This document shows, in pieces, positions 19,191 through 32,209 of a DNA stretch of 64,000 nucleotides; position 1 is the first letter of the stretch; every line of letters begins with the position of its first letter. The DNA is from an uncultured Gaiellaceae bacterium (GTDB lineage: Bacteria > Actinomycetota > Thermoleophilia > Gaiellales > Gaiellaceae). The translations under genes and the position numbers were made by a program. Under the pieces are notes generated by a model. The model did not search any database. It saw only the letters and a program-made list of their open reading frames with translations, and was not told where the DNA came from. Location: the NCBI GenBank assembly GCA_963833725.1, contig CAWHYV010000014.1, positions 16,753 to 80,752 of the forward strand, written 5' to 3'.

Positions 19191-20353
19191 AGCTCGATCT
19201 GACGACCCGGCAACCGCTTCCCCGGCGACTTGCCGCCGAGCCAGGCGCTCACCGTCGCGCCGACGTCGGCGAACTCGCCCTCCTCGTGGATCCTTCCGGC
19301 CGCGTTTCGACCCGCCGCATAGGCGAGCATGAGCGCATGCTCACGTGAGTGATCCGTCGACTGGGTCGTCGGATCGCAGCCGTGATCGGATGTGATGACG
19401 AGGAGATCTCCGGGTTGCAGCGCCTCGAGGATGTCCGGAAGCCGACGATCGAAGTCCTGCAGGCAGCGGTGGAAGTTCACCGGGTCGTTCCGATGCCCCC
19501 AGAGCATGTCCGTCTCGACGAGGTTCACGAAGACGAGGCCCTTGTCGACGTTCTCGAGCAGCTCGATCGTGCGGTTGATGCCGTCGACGTTCGACTTCGT
19601 CGGAAACGAGTCGTCGACGTCGCAGCCGGCGAAGATGTCGGAGATCTTCCCGACGCCGTAGACCGTGTTCCCGGCGTCGCGCATGAGCGACAGGTAGTTG
19701 GGTCGGCGCGGCTCGAGCGAGAAGTCGTGGCGGTTGGGCGTCCGCTCGTAGTTGCCGGGCTCGCCGACGAACGGCCGCGCGATGACCCGGCCGACCGCAT
19801 GGCGCCCCGTGAGGATCTCCCGCGCAACACGGCAACCGTCGTACAGCTCCTCGAGCGGGATCGTCTCCTCGTGCGCCGCAATCTGGAAGACCGAGTCGGC
19901 CGACGTGTAGACGATCCACTTGCCCGTCTGCTGGTGCTCCTCGCCGAGCTCCTGGATGATCTCCGTCCCCGACGCCGGCTTGTTCCCGATGACGCCTCGG
20001 CCGGTCTGATTCATGAACGGGTCGACGACCTCGTCCGGGAACCCGTGCGGATAGGTCGGGAACGCGGTCGGTGTGATCACGCCCATGAGCTCCCAGTGCC
20101 CCGTCGTCGTGTCCTTCCCCTTCGAGCGCTCGAAGAGCCTGCCGGCGACCGCCGGCGCACCCGGCTGGGGTGGGCACCCCGCCAACGGGATGACGTTGCC
20201 GAGGCCGAGCGCCTCGAGATTGGGCAGGTCGAGGCCTCCGACGGCGCTGGCCACGTTGCCCAGGGTGTTCGAGCCTGCGTCTCCGTACTCCCCTGCGTCC
20301 GGCAACTCTCCAGCACCGACGGCGTCGAGCACGATCACGCACGCTCGCGGCAC
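19187..20353 (-). CDS. deoB: Phosphopentomutase
   Basis: 388 aa. It reads VIVLDAVGAGELPDAGEYGDAGSNTLGNV, FVNLVETDMLWGHRND and ITSDHGCDPT. It overlaps the deoA start by 4 nt. Confidence 0.9.
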   Translation of the reverse strand: MPRACVIVLDAVGAGELPDAGEYGDAGSNTLGNVASAVGGLDLPNLEALGLGNVIPLAGCPPQPGAPAVAGRLFERSKGKDTTTGHWELMGVITPTAFPTYPHGFPDEVVDPFMNQTGRGVIGNKPASGTEIIQELGEEHQQTGKWIVYTSADSVFQIAAHEETIPLEELYDGCRVAREILTGRHAVGRVIARPFVGEPGNYERTPNRHDFSLEPRRPNYLSLMRDAGNTVYGVGKISDIFAGCDVDDSFPTKSNVDGINRTIELLENVDKGLVFVNLVETDMLWGHRNDPVNFHRCLQDFDRRLPDILEALQPGDLLVITSDHGCDPTTQSTDHSREHALMLAYAAGRNAAGRIHEEGEFADVGATVSAWLGGKSPGKRLPGRQIEL

Positions 20354-20373
20354 GGCGCTATTCTACGGCGGCT

Positions 20374-20580
20374 TTGGACGCCGCCCTCGGCCTACTACTC
20401 CTCGTCGTGTACATCCTCGCGATCCTCGGCATCTCCGCAGCGATCACGTACGCGGTCGTGAGGATCTTCCCGACCGAGCGGACGCCGAAGAATCCGGACA
20501 AGCAGGACTCGTCGCATCCGCCCTCGAGCTCGGACGGCGGCGGCAAACTCTTCCGCAGGTCGAAGCGCGCGACGACCTAG
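20374..20580 (+). CDS. Hypothetical small membrane protein
   Basis: 68-aa ORF with a TTG start. It has one TM segment (ALGLLLLVVYILAILGISAAITYAVV) followed by a charged tail. There is no other support. Confidence 0.3.
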   Translation: MDAALGLLLLVVYILAILGISAAITYAVVRIFPTERTPKNPDKQDSSHPPSSSDGGGKLFRRSKRATT

Positions 20581-20586
20581 AAGCGG

Positions 20587-21711
20587 TCAGGCGGCTGCGG
20601 CGGCGAGGGCTTCGTCGAGCGGCGTGTAGTCCATCCCGTGCGCTTCGCACACCGCCGCGTAGGTGAGCTTGCCTCCGATCGCATTCACACCCCGGGCGAG
20701 CTCGGGGTTCGTCCTGACGGCATCGACCGTGCCGCGATCGGCGAGCTGCTCGACGTACGGCAGCGTCACGTTGGTCAGCGCGCGGGTCGATGTGATCGGT
20801 ACGGCGCCCGGCATGTTCGCGACGCAGTAGTGAATCACGCCGTCGACCGTATAGACGGGATCGTCGTGGGTCGTCGCCCTGGACGTCTCCGCGCAGCCTC
20901 CCTGATCGATCGCGACGTCGACGAAGACCGAGCTCTCCTTCATCGTGCCGAGCATCTCGCGGGTGACGAGCTTCGGTGCGAGCGCGCCGGGGATGAGCAC
21001 GGCGCCGATCGTGAGGTCTGCGTCCTTGATCGTCTCCTCCAGCTGCAGCGCCGACGACATGAGTAGCTGTACGCGCCCGGAGAGGATCTGCTCGAGGAAG
21101 CGCATGCGGTCGACCGATCGCTCGAGGATCGTCACCTGCGCACCCATGCCGAGTGCGATGACCGCGGCGTTGTAGCCGACCATCCCGCCGCCGATCACGA
21201 GGACACGCGCCGGCGCGACGCCCGCCACGCCTCCGAGGAGGATCCCGCGGCCGCCCTTCGGCTTCTCGAGCTCGGCCGCGCCCGCCTGCGCGGCGAGGCG
21301 ACCGGCGATCTCGCTCATCGGCGCCAGCAGCGGAAGCGCACCGCGGTCCGTCTCGACGGTCTCGTAGGCGATCGCCGTGATGCCCGAGTCGACGAGCGCG
21401 TGTGTGAGCGGCTCGTCCGCAGCGATGTGCAGGTAGGTGAAGAGCGTGAGGCCCTCGCGCAGCCGCGCGTACTCGGGTGCGATCGGCTCCTTGACCTTGA
21501 GCAGGAGGTCTGCGCTCCCCCAGACGTCGTCGACCGAACGGATCGTCGCGCCGGCGCGCTCGTAGGCCTCGTCGGGGAATGCGCTTCCGACGCCCGCGCC
21601 GGTCTCGACGACGACCTCGTGACCGCGCTGCACGAGCTCTCGAGCGCCCGCGGGAGTCAGCGCGACCCGGTACTCCTGCGGCTTGATCTCCTTGGCAACG
21701 CCGATCCGCAT
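20587..21711 (-). CDS. ald: Alanine dehydrogenase
   Basis: This is the in-frame ATG at 21711 within ORF 20587..21903. It reads MRIGVAKEIKPQEYRVALTPAG, MSEIAGRLA, VLVIGGGMVGYNAA (NAD fold) and VDVAIDQGGC. Confidence 0.92.
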   Translation of the reverse strand: MRIGVAKEIKPQEYRVALTPAGARELVQRGHEVVVETGAGVGSAFPDEAYERAGATIRSVDDVWGSADLLLKVKEPIAPEYARLREGLTLFTYLHIAADEPLTHALVDSGITAIAYETVETDRGALPLLAPMSEIAGRLAAQAGAAELEKPKGGRGILLGGVAGVAPARVLVIGGGMVGYNAAVIALGMGAQVTILERSVDRMRFLEQILSGRVQLLMSSALQLEETIKDADLTIGAVLIPGALAPKLVTREMLGTMKESSVFVDVAIDQGGCAETSRATTHDDPVYTVDGVIHYCVANMPGAVPITSTRALTNVTLPYVEQLADRGTVDAVRTNPELARGVNAIGGKLTYAAVCEAHGMDYTPLDEALAAAAA

Positions 21712-21775
21712 GCGGCGGCAATCTACCGAGTTTCCAGGGGTGTTATGAATTCCAGCTACCGACGAAGGAGGGGGC

Positions 21776-22069
21776 ATGTACACGTCAGCTGTCTGGAACG
21801 TGAAGGCCGGAATGGCGGAGATGTTCGAGCGGGGCTGGCAGTCGAGCGTGGATCGGATGTCGGTCGAGCTTCCCAACGTGACGTTCCGCCTCCTGCGGGA
21901 CACGCAGAACCCGTCCCGGTTCGTCAGCGTCGCCGGCCCGTGGAAGGGACCCGAGCAGTGGGATGCCGTGCGAAGCTCGGAAGGCTTTCAGAGTGCGATG
22001 GCCGCGATGGCCGACGTGCTCGAGTCGTCCGAGATGGCGACGTACGACCTGGTCGTGGAGGTCAGCTGA
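21776..22069 (+). CDS. Small ABM-like (antibiotic biosynthesis monooxygenase fold) protein
   Basis: 97 aa, with a GAAGGAGG RBS upstream of the ATG. Its size and the pattern (FERGWQ..., RLLRDTQNPSRFVSVAGPW...W) fit the dimeric alpha-beta barrel family. Confidence 0.5.
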   Translation: MYTSAVWNVKAGMAEMFERGWQSSVDRMSVELPNVTFRLLRDTQNPSRFVSVAGPWKGPEQWDAVRSSEGFQSAMAAMADVLESSEMATYDLVVEVS

Positions 22070-23207
22070 CCGAAGCCGTCTCGGCGGCAGCCGCGATCAA
22101 CTCGAGCGTCACCTCGACCATGCCCTCGAGATCGGCGACGGCGATGTGCTCGTCGGGCGTATGGATCTCCATCATCCCGTTCGCGAGATTCACGCACTGC
22201 AGACCGCGCGCGTTGAAGACGTTCGCGTCTGCGCCGCCGCCGGAGAGCGCGTAGGTCGGCGCATAGCCTGCGCGCTCGAGCGCCGTGGCGGCGAGCCGCA
22301 CCGGGGCGTCGCTCTCGCGAAAGCGATATCCGGGGAAGCTCGGTCGCACCTCCGACTCGACCTCGCAGTCGACAAGACTGGCGGCGAATGCGGCGCTCTC
22401 CACCATCTCGCGCGCGAGCGCGATCGCCTTGCGCTCGTCGTGTGAGCGCACCTCGGCGGTGAAGGAACACCACTCGGGGACAACGTTCCGGGCCGTCCCG
22501 CCCGTGATGACCCCGACGTTCGCGCTCGTCTCCTCGTCAACGCGTCCGAGGCGGAAGTCCGCGATCGCGCGTGACGCCGCCGCGATCGCCGAGCGGCCGT
22601 CCTCCGGATACATGCCGGCGTGCGCCGCGGTGCCGTGGAAGCGGAAGTCGAGCAGCCGCGCGTGCGGCGAGCCGAGCACGATCTCGCCGATCGGCGCACC
22701 CTGGTCGTAGACGTAGCCCGTGCTCGCCACGAAGCGCGTGTGGTCGAATGCATCGGCTCCGCGCAGCGAGACCTCCTCCTGCGGCGTGAACAGGAGCTCG
22801 ATTCCTGCGTGCTCTCGACTCTCGCCCAGCGTGCGGCGGACCGCCTCGAGCATGACGACGACCGCTGCTTTGTTGTCGGAGCCGAGGATCGTCCCGGCGC
22901 CGTTACGCACGATCCCGTCCTCGCCGATCACCGGCTCGATCGCAGCCTCGGGCGGAACCGTGTCGGTGTGGGCGCAGAGAAAGATCGGTGTTCCCTGCCC
23001 TCCGTTCGTGGACGGGATGCGGCAGTAGACATTCCCGGCATCTCCGGCGAGTCGCGCTGCAGCGTCGTCCTCGTCCCACTCGAGCCCGAGCTCCGTGAGG
23101 TACGCCTCGACGCGGTCCGTGACCGCCCGCTCGCTCCCCGACGGGCTCGGCAGCGCACAGAGCTCGAGGAAGAGATCGACGAGCGGCGCGGTCAGGACGT
23201 GCTGCAC
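22062..23207 (-). CDS. M20 family peptidase (tripeptidase T-like)
   Basis: 381 aa. It reads FLCAHTDTVPP, GSDNKAAVVVMLE, LLFTPQEEVSLRG, FHGTAAHAGM and GGGADANVF. Confidence 0.8.
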   Translation of the reverse strand: MQHVLTAPLVDLFLELCALPSPSGSERAVTDRVEAYLTELGLEWDEDDAAARLAGDAGNVYCRIPSTNGGQGTPIFLCAHTDTVPPEAAIEPVIGEDGIVRNGAGTILGSDNKAAVVVMLEAVRRTLGESREHAGIELLFTPQEEVSLRGADAFDHTRFVASTGYVYDQGAPIGEIVLGSPHARLLDFRFHGTAAHAGMYPEDGRSAIAAASRAIADFRLGRVDEETSANVGVITGGTARNVVPEWCSFTAEVRSHDERKAIALAREMVESAAFAASLVDCEVESEVRPSFPGYRFRESDAPVRLAATALERAGYAPTYALSGGGADANVFNARGLQCVNLANGMMEIHTPDEHIAVADLEGMVEVTLELIAAAAETASVS

Positions 23208-23261
23208 GGTGGAGATCCTACGGCCGAGTTTCGGCAGGCATCGCCACTAGGGTTCGCGCCC

Positions 23262-26380
<3,119 letters not shown>

Positions 26381-26485
26381 TCACCGTACCAGGCAGACCT
26401 GTCACGCAGGTGGGAACTCCGCTTGCGCGGAGTTGCCACCGCTCCAGATCCCTGAAGGCGTCCGCTTCGCGGCCGCGTGGCGGCG

Positions 26486-28125
26486 TCAGACAGGCGTCTC
26501 GGTCAACGTCGCGATGAACTCCGCGCCGCCGGCCATGCGCTCGATCTCCTCGCGACGAAGGAGGTCGTCCAGCTCTTCGATTCGCGTGTGCGTGGGATCG
26601 CCGGGGACCTTCTCGACGCGGAAGTGCGTGTCGGCGACGCTCGCGATCTGCGGGAGGTGCGTGATCGTGAGGACCTGCGCGTGTTCGGCGAGGCGCTGGA
26701 GGGTTGCAGCGACGGCGTGCGCCGTCACACCGCCGATACCCGCGTCGATCTCGTCGAACACGAGCGTCTCGCCGCCGGCGACGGCGGCGAGAGCTAGGGC
26801 GATCCTCGAGAGCTCGCCACCCGACGCCGTATCCGCGATCGGCGCGAACGGGAGGCCTGCGTTCGGCCGGATGAGAAACGTCACCTCGTCGACACCCGTC
26901 GCTCCGACCTCGCGCTCTCGAAGCTCGACGAGGAACTCACCTTCGCCCATGCCGAGGGATGCGAGCTCGTCCGCGACAGCCTCCCCGAGGCGCGTGGCGT
27001 TCGCTTCGCGCGAGCCATGCAACCCGCGAGCGACCTCGGTCACGCGTTCCTCCGCCCGCGCAACCGCGACCCTCGCAGCCTCGACCGGGTCGCCGCCGTC
27101 CCCTGCCGCCGCGAGCTCGAGGTCGGCCGCGGCTGCCAGCTCGATGAGCTCGCTGTACGTCGACGCGCCGAACCTGCGTTTCAGATCGGCGATCGCATGT
27201 AGCCGCTCCTCGATGCTCTCGAGTGCACCGGGCTCGGCGTCGAGCGACGCGACGAAGCGATGGAGATCGCTTCCTGCCTCGCGGAGCCGAACCGTCAGGT
27301 CGCGCAGCTCCTCGGCCGTCGGTCCCAGCTCGGGCGCGATGCGCTCGAGCGGCGCAAGGGCCCGTTCCGCCAGGGCCGCCAGCGATGCGGCGCCCTCGCC
27401 TTCGTCCGGAGCAACGGCCGCTGCGGCGGCGGTCGCTGCCTCTGCGAGCTCCTCGACGTGCCGGAGACGTTCGCGTCGGGCCAACAGCTCCTGCTCGTCG
27501 CCGGGCGCCATGCCTTCGGTCGCATCGACGAGCGCTTGCTGCTCGGCAAGACGGAGCGCCACGGCATCGGAATCTCGTGCAAGCTCGTCGTACGTCCGTC
27601 GTGCCGCGATCAGCTCCCGCCATGCGAGCACCGCCTCGCGCCTGCGCTCGGTCTGCTCCGGACCCGCAGAACGCGTCGAGGACGTCGAGCTGGAACGACG
27701 GACGCGCGAGCCGGCGCTGCTCGAACTGACCGGACATCGCGATGAGCCGTTCCGCAGCGGACGCAACCTCCTCGCGCGCGACGGCCCTCCCCCACGCATA
27801 TGCGCGCGTGCGCCCGTCACCGAACACGCGGCGCGCGATCACGAGTCCGGCTTCGCCTTCGGGACGCAGCTCCGCGAGCGCGGCGAGCTCCTCGTCCTCG
27901 AAGAACCCCTCGGGCACGTCGAGCTCGGCCTCCACGTACGCCTCCGAGCCGTCGGTGCCGACGGAGGACGCGTCCGCGCGAGCGCCGAGGAGCAGCCCGA
28001 TCGCCTGCGCGAAGATCGTCTTCCCCGCACCCGTCTCCCCCGTGACGGCGTTCAGGCCGGGCGCAGAACGACAGCTCCGCGCCGCGGATGAGGACGAGGT
28101 TCTCGATCCGGAGGCGGCGCAGCAT
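26486..28125 (-). CDS. recN: DNA repair protein RecN (two frame disruptions)
   Basis: There are three pieces. The first is MLRRLRIENLVLIRGAELSF (ATG 28125). The second is APGLNAVTGETGAGKTIFAQAIGLLLG...LDVLDAFCG. The third is ORF 26486..27820 (...SGGELSRIALALA...VFDEIDAGIGG...QVLTITHLPQIA). The junctions lie at about 28062 and 27663. Confidence 0.9.
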
Positions 28126-28173
28126 TCCTGCGCGACAGTAGCCGACCTGGGGCCCTTGTACGCTCGCGGGGGC

Positions 28174-28478
28174 GTGCGTCCCGCGGTACGAGATCTCGCA
28201 ATCGTGCTCGGCGTCTCCTGGATCGCGAGGGCGCTCTTCGTCGTCGCGATCGGGGATGCCCACTCCGCCGACGTCGGGCACTGGGAGGGCGCACTCGCGG
28301 CCCAGGACGCCGGGACGAACCCGTACGAGACGGGCGTCCTGAACTGGCCTCCGCTCTGTTCGACTCGCCGCATCGCCTGGTGCTCTTCCGGCTGCCGCTG
28401 CTGGCGGTCTATCTCCTCGTGATCGTCGCGGCAATCAGGCGTTTGGCTGCGCCGGACCGCTACGAAGCAAAGCTCTGA
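28174..28478 (+). pseudogene. Truncated remnant of a DUF2029/GT87-like polytopic membrane glycosyltransferase (about 100 codons, one frame break)
   Basis: Translation from GTG 28174 gives VRPAVRDLAIVLGVSWIARALFVVAIGDAHSADVGHWEGALAAQDAGTNPYETGVLNWPPL. After a shift near 28365 it continues ...LFDSPHRLVLFRLPLLAVYLLVIVAAIRRLAAPDRYEAKL and stops. The orientation is opposite to both neighbours. Typical family members have more than 400 aa. Confidence 0.35.
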
Positions 28479-29278
28479 CGGTAGCGGCGCACGAACGTCG
28501 CCTCCGGCAAGGTCGCGAGGAGCGAGCGCTCGGCGGCGATGCGCACGACCGCCCGCTCCGCCTTCCCGAGTGTCGAGACGCGATGGCCGTCCACGAGCAC
28601 ACCCGCCTCGACGTCCGCGGAGCGATTCCAGACGATCACGTCGGCTCCGGGCGGGATCACGAGCGGGCGTGCGTGCAGCGAGTGCGCGGCGACATAGGTG
28701 AGGGCGATCGCCTCGAGTCCCCACATGAGCACCGGGCCGCCGTTCGAGAGGTTGTACGCGGTCGAGCCGGACGGGGTGGCGCAGATGATCCCGTCGCACG
28801 GCTGACGACCGAGCTCCTCGCCGCCGACCGCGAGCTCCAGCTCGATCATGCGCCCGATCGACGCACTCGCCACGACGACGTCGTTCACCGCGACCGTGCG
28901 GCCGTCAGGGTGCTCGAGCTCGAGCGTCGGAAGCTCGACGACGTCGTACTCGCCGGCGAAGACACGTCCGAGTCCTTCCTCGAGCTCACGGCGGCCCATC
29001 GAGCTGAGGAATCCGACGCGGCCGAAGTTCACGCCGATGACGGGCACACCCTTCCCGAGGAAGCGCGTGAGCGTGCGGAGCACCGTGCCGTCCCCACCGA
29101 GGACGACCGCCAGGTCGGCGCCACCGACGTCCGCGCTCGCGTCGATCCCGTGTCTTGCGCGCTCCTCCTCGGAGTACAACAGCTCCACGCCGTGCTCCTG
29201 CGCAACGGCCTGGAGTCGTGCGAGGCCCGAGCCGATCTGACCGGGCGTCCCGTGCGTCACCACGGCCGCCCGGGTCAC
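28460..29278 (-). CDS. nadK: NAD(+) kinase
   Basis: ORF 28460..29320, with GTG at 29278 preferred because it lies just after the tlyA stop. It reads DLAVVLGGDGTVLR, VIGVNFGRVGFL and TPSGSTAYNLSNGGP. Confidence 0.88.
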   Translation of the reverse strand: MTRAAVVTHGTPGQIGSGLARLQAVAQEHGVELLYSEEERARHGIDASADVGGADLAVVLGGDGTVLRTLTRFLGKGVPVIGVNFGRVGFLSSMGRRELEEGLGRVFAGEYDVVELPTLELEHPDGRTVAVNDVVVASASIGRMIELELAVGGEELGRQPCDGIICATPSGSTAYNLSNGGPVLMWGLEAIALTYVAAHSLHARPLVIPPGADVIVWNRSADVEAGVLVDGHRVSTLGKAERAVVRIAAERSLLATLPEATFVRRYRQSFAS

Positions 29279-29282
29279 GCGC

Positions 29283-30048
29283 TTACCCGACGGCGTCGGC
29301 GACGAAGCGGTCGATGTCATCGGGATTCGGTTCGCCGGGTCGATGCTCGAGGTGGACGAAGAACTCGCGGTTTCCCTTGGGGCCGGGCAACCCTGAGTCT
29401 ACGACTCCCACGGTGACGGCACCCCACGCGTGCGCAGCTTCGATGACTTCGTGGAGCACGCGTCGTTGCACGTCGGGATCGCGGACGACGCCCTTCACCG
29501 CCTCGCCGCGTCCGGCCTCGAACTGCGGCTTGACGAGGACGAGCGCCACCCACCGGGGCGCCGCGAGGCTGAGCACCGACGGAAGCGCCTTCGTCACGCT
29601 GATGAACGACACGTCGCAGACGATCAACTCGGGCTGAAACGGCAGCTCGGTGAGCCTGCGAGCGTTCACGCGTTCGAGCACCGTCACCCTCGGATCCGAG
29701 CGCAGCGCGGGGATGCAGCTGGCCGTAGCCCACGTCGATCGCGACGACGCGCGACGCCCCCGCCTGGAGCAGGCAGTCCGTGAACCCACCGGTCGACGCT
29801 CCGACGTCCGCGCAGTCCCGATCCGCGACGTCGACCCGAAGCGCGTCGAGCGCGTTCTGCAGCTTCTCGCCCCCGCGCGATACGAAGCGCGGCGGTCGCT
29901 CGACCTCGAGCTCGACGTCCTCGGCAACTTGCTCGCCGGGCTTGTCGTGGCCGACGACGAGCCCCGCCAGCACGAGCGCCTGCGCCTGCGAGCGGGACTC
30001 TGCGAGCCCGCGCTCGACCAGCACGACGTCGAGGCGCTTCTTCGTCAT
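29283..30048 (-). CDS. tlyA: TlyA family rRNA 2'-O-methyltransferase (one frame disruption)
   Basis: The N-terminal piece is in ORF 29317..30048 ([27 protein letters not shown]4-like, [15 protein letters not shown]). The C-terminal piece is in ORF 29283..29927 ([17 protein letters not shown]...VCDVSFIS...LVKPQFE). An extra C in the CCCC run at about 29713 separates them. Confidence 0.85.
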
Positions 30049-30209
30049 GCCGCCACGAGTTCGTGGGCGAGCTGAGCGATCGCAACGACGAACACGAGGT
30101 CGAAGAACAGTTCGAGGTGGCTCACGCGCCTGCCGTCGCCCTCCTCGAGTGTGCGCAGACGGGGTGGTAGCAGGAGCGGCTTGATGCCCCGGTCGATAGC
30201 GGTCGTCAC
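30045..30209 (-). pseudogene. N-terminal fragment (54 codons) of a low-temperature-requirement LtrA-like membrane protein
   Basis: Translation from GTG 30209 gives [54 protein letters not shown] and then a stop. The [14 protein letters not shown] segment is the hallmark start of LtrA proteins, which normally have about 400 aa. The stop overlaps the tlyA ATG. Confidence 0.4.
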
Positions 30210-30231
30210 CGCGGGAATGATGGACGATGCG

Positions 30232-30742
30232 CTACGCCGCGGTGACACGACGAGCGCCAACGAGCCGCGCGCCGTAGTTCGTCGCCGAGAGCCGTACGAC
30301 CTCGACGTTCCGGCCCGTCTCCGGTGCGTGCACCATCCGACCGCCGCCGAGGTACAAGCCGACGTGGCCGAGCCCCTCGAAGAAGAGGATGTCACCCGGC
30401 TCCATGTCGTCCGCGCGCACCCTTCGACCCTCGCCGTAGAGGGCGTACGAGTTGTGCGGCAAGATCGACACCGACGCGGCCGTACGCCCAGCGCACGAGA
30501 CCCGAGCAGTCGAACCCGGATGACGGCGACTCTCCGCCCCAGCGGTACGGGACACCTACCACGCCGAGCGCGACCTTCACCGCGCGTTCGCCCCGCGTCG
30601 GAAGCGCAGGTCCGCTGTACACGGCGCGCTCGCTCCGCGGCGGCTCCGTAGCCGAGAGAGCGGCGGACGGACCGGCCGCGAGCGCGATCGCCATACCGGC
30701 CAGGGCGTACGTGAACAGGCGGCTGCGGGAGGTGGGAGACAT
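30232..30742 (-). CDS. Secreted NlpC/P60 family peptidoglycan endopeptidase (one frame disruption)
   Basis: ORF 30392..30742 carries the signal peptide plus GVPYRWGGESPSSGFDCSGLVRWAYGRVGV (catalytic Cys). ORF 30232..30555 carries LPHNSYALYGEGRRV...PGDILFFEGLGHVGLYLGGGRMVHAP (His). An extra T at about 30473 separates them. Confidence 0.8.
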
Positions 30743-30859
30743 GGCGAGAAGAGACGGCGGCCGCGCTCGCGCAACCGCGCGGCGGGCCGACCTGGTCTGT
30801 TTGTGACCGTCGCACAGTAGCCACCGGCCCGGTTGGAACCATCCCCCGGTTGGCGTCCC

Positions 30860-31630
30860 TCAACCGGTGCGTAACGCGAGCGCGTCCACCAACGCCCCGA
30901 GGACGCTCGTATCCGCGTCCACGCGCTCGAGCTGGCCGCGGGCGCTGTCGGCCGCGCTGTCGGCCAGCCTTCGCGCTCCCTCGGCTCCGAGCCGCGCCGA
31001 ATAGCCGTCGGCGTCCAGGAGGTCGTCCACGACCTGAAAGAGAATGCCGACGTCGTCGCCGAATGCGAGCCACGGAGCCCGTTCTGCGTCGCCGACCTCG
31101 GCGACGTCGAGACCCATGCGGACGGCGGCAACGAAGAGCCGGCCGGTCTTCAGCCGGTGGAGCTGCTCGAGGTCCGCATCGTCGCCGGTGATGTCGCGGT
31201 ACTGGCCGCCGATCATCCCGAGCGTCGCGTCGACGAGCTCGCGAGCGAGCGCGGGTGACGAATACGCGAGTGCGAGCCGGAGCGCCTCGGCGAGAAGCGC
31301 ATCGCCGGCGAGCAGGGCGACGCCTTCGCCGAACGCGACGTGCGCGCTCGGCCTCCCGCGTCGCTCGTCGTCGTCGTCCATCGCGGGCAAGTCGTCGTGC
31401 ACGAGCGAGAACGTGTGCACGAGCTCGATCGCTGCGGCGGCAGGAAGCGCCTCCTCGATCGAACCTCCCGCGGCCTCCGTAACCGCGAGGCAGAGCACCG
31501 GCCTGATGCGCTTGCCGCCCGACTCGAGCGAATAGCGGACTGTCTCTTCGAGCCCGCCCAGCTCCGGAGCGAACGCGAGCGAGCGGAGGTACGACTCGAC
31601 GGCGTCGCGCAGTTCGTCAGCCGGCCGCAT
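30860..31630 (-). CDS. ispA: Polyprenyl diphosphate synthase (FPP/GGPP synthase type)
   Basis: 256 aa. It has FSLVHDDLPAMDDDDERRGRPS (first DDxxD) and FQVVDDLLD (second DDxxD). Confidence 0.85.
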   Translation of the reverse strand: MRPADELRDAVESYLRSLAFAPELGGLEETVRYSLESGGKRIRPVLCLAVTEAAGGSIEEALPAAAAIELVHTFSLVHDDLPAMDDDDERRGRPSAHVAFGEGVALLAGDALLAEALRLALAYSSPALARELVDATLGMIGGQYRDITGDDADLEQLHRLKTGRLFVAAVRMGLDVAEVGDAERAPWLAFGDDVGILFQVVDDLLDADGYSARLGAEGARRLADSAADSARGQLERVDADTSVLGALVDALALRTG

Positions 31631-31823
31631 CGGCCAGGGTGCGCGCTCGAGTCAGCTCGGCCTCGATCTGGCGCGCGAGCTCGGCGAGCTCGGTGATGAG
31701 GTCGACCGCCGCATCGCCGTCGACGTCGTCGGCGGCCGCGAGTCGCTCGAGCTCCTCGCGCTTCGCGTTGAGCGCGCCGAGCAGCTCCTCGGCGCGGGCG
31801 AGAGCCTCGTCGACCTGACTCAC
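31617..31823 (-). CDS. Small coiled-coil protein in the xseB position (identity uncertain)
   Basis: 68 codons from GTG 31823, overlapping the nusB stop (GTGA) and the ispA start. The sequence is [33 protein letters not shown]... It occupies the slot of exonuclease VII small subunit in xseB-ispA operons, but motif similarity is weak and there is no xseA nearby. Confidence 0.35.
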   Translation of the reverse strand: MSQVDEALARAEELLGALNAKREELERLAAADDVDGDAAVDLITELAELARQIEAELTRARTLADAAG

Positions 31824-32209
31824 GCGACCTCCTTCTCCCGCGCGATCCGTCCGAGAATGCCGTTCACGAGCCGCGCAGCGTCCTCGGTCGCGTACCGCTT
31901 CGCGAGCACCACCGCCTCGTTGATCGCCACTTCGCGCGGCACCGTCTCCTCCTCGAGCTCGTACACGCCGATGCGCAGGATATTCCGCTCGAGCGTGCCC
32001 AGGCGGTCCGCAGGCCAATCCGGGGACGCCGCCGAGATACGCAGATCGAGCGCCTCGGCCCGCGCGGCCACCGCCTCCGCGAGCGCACGGGCGAAGTCGT
32101 CGGGCTCTCCCTCGTACAGCGACGCGAGCTCCTGCCCGGTGAGATCCCACTGGTAGAGGAGGTAGAGCGCTTGCCTGCGCGCCGTCTTCCGGCTTGCCGG
32201 CCGCATCAT
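31820..32209 (-). CDS. nusB: Transcription antitermination factor NusB
   Basis: This is the C-terminal 129 codons of ORF 31820..33565. It reads [25 protein letters not shown]...[12 protein letters not shown]...[13 protein letters not shown]. Its ATG overlaps the accC stop. Confidence 0.9.
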   Translation of the reverse strand: MMRPASRKTARRQALYLLYQWDLTGQELASLYEGEPDDFARALAEAVAARAEALDLRISAASPDWPADRLGTLERNILRIGVYELEEETVPREVAINEAVVLAKRYATEDAARLVNGILGRIAREKEVA

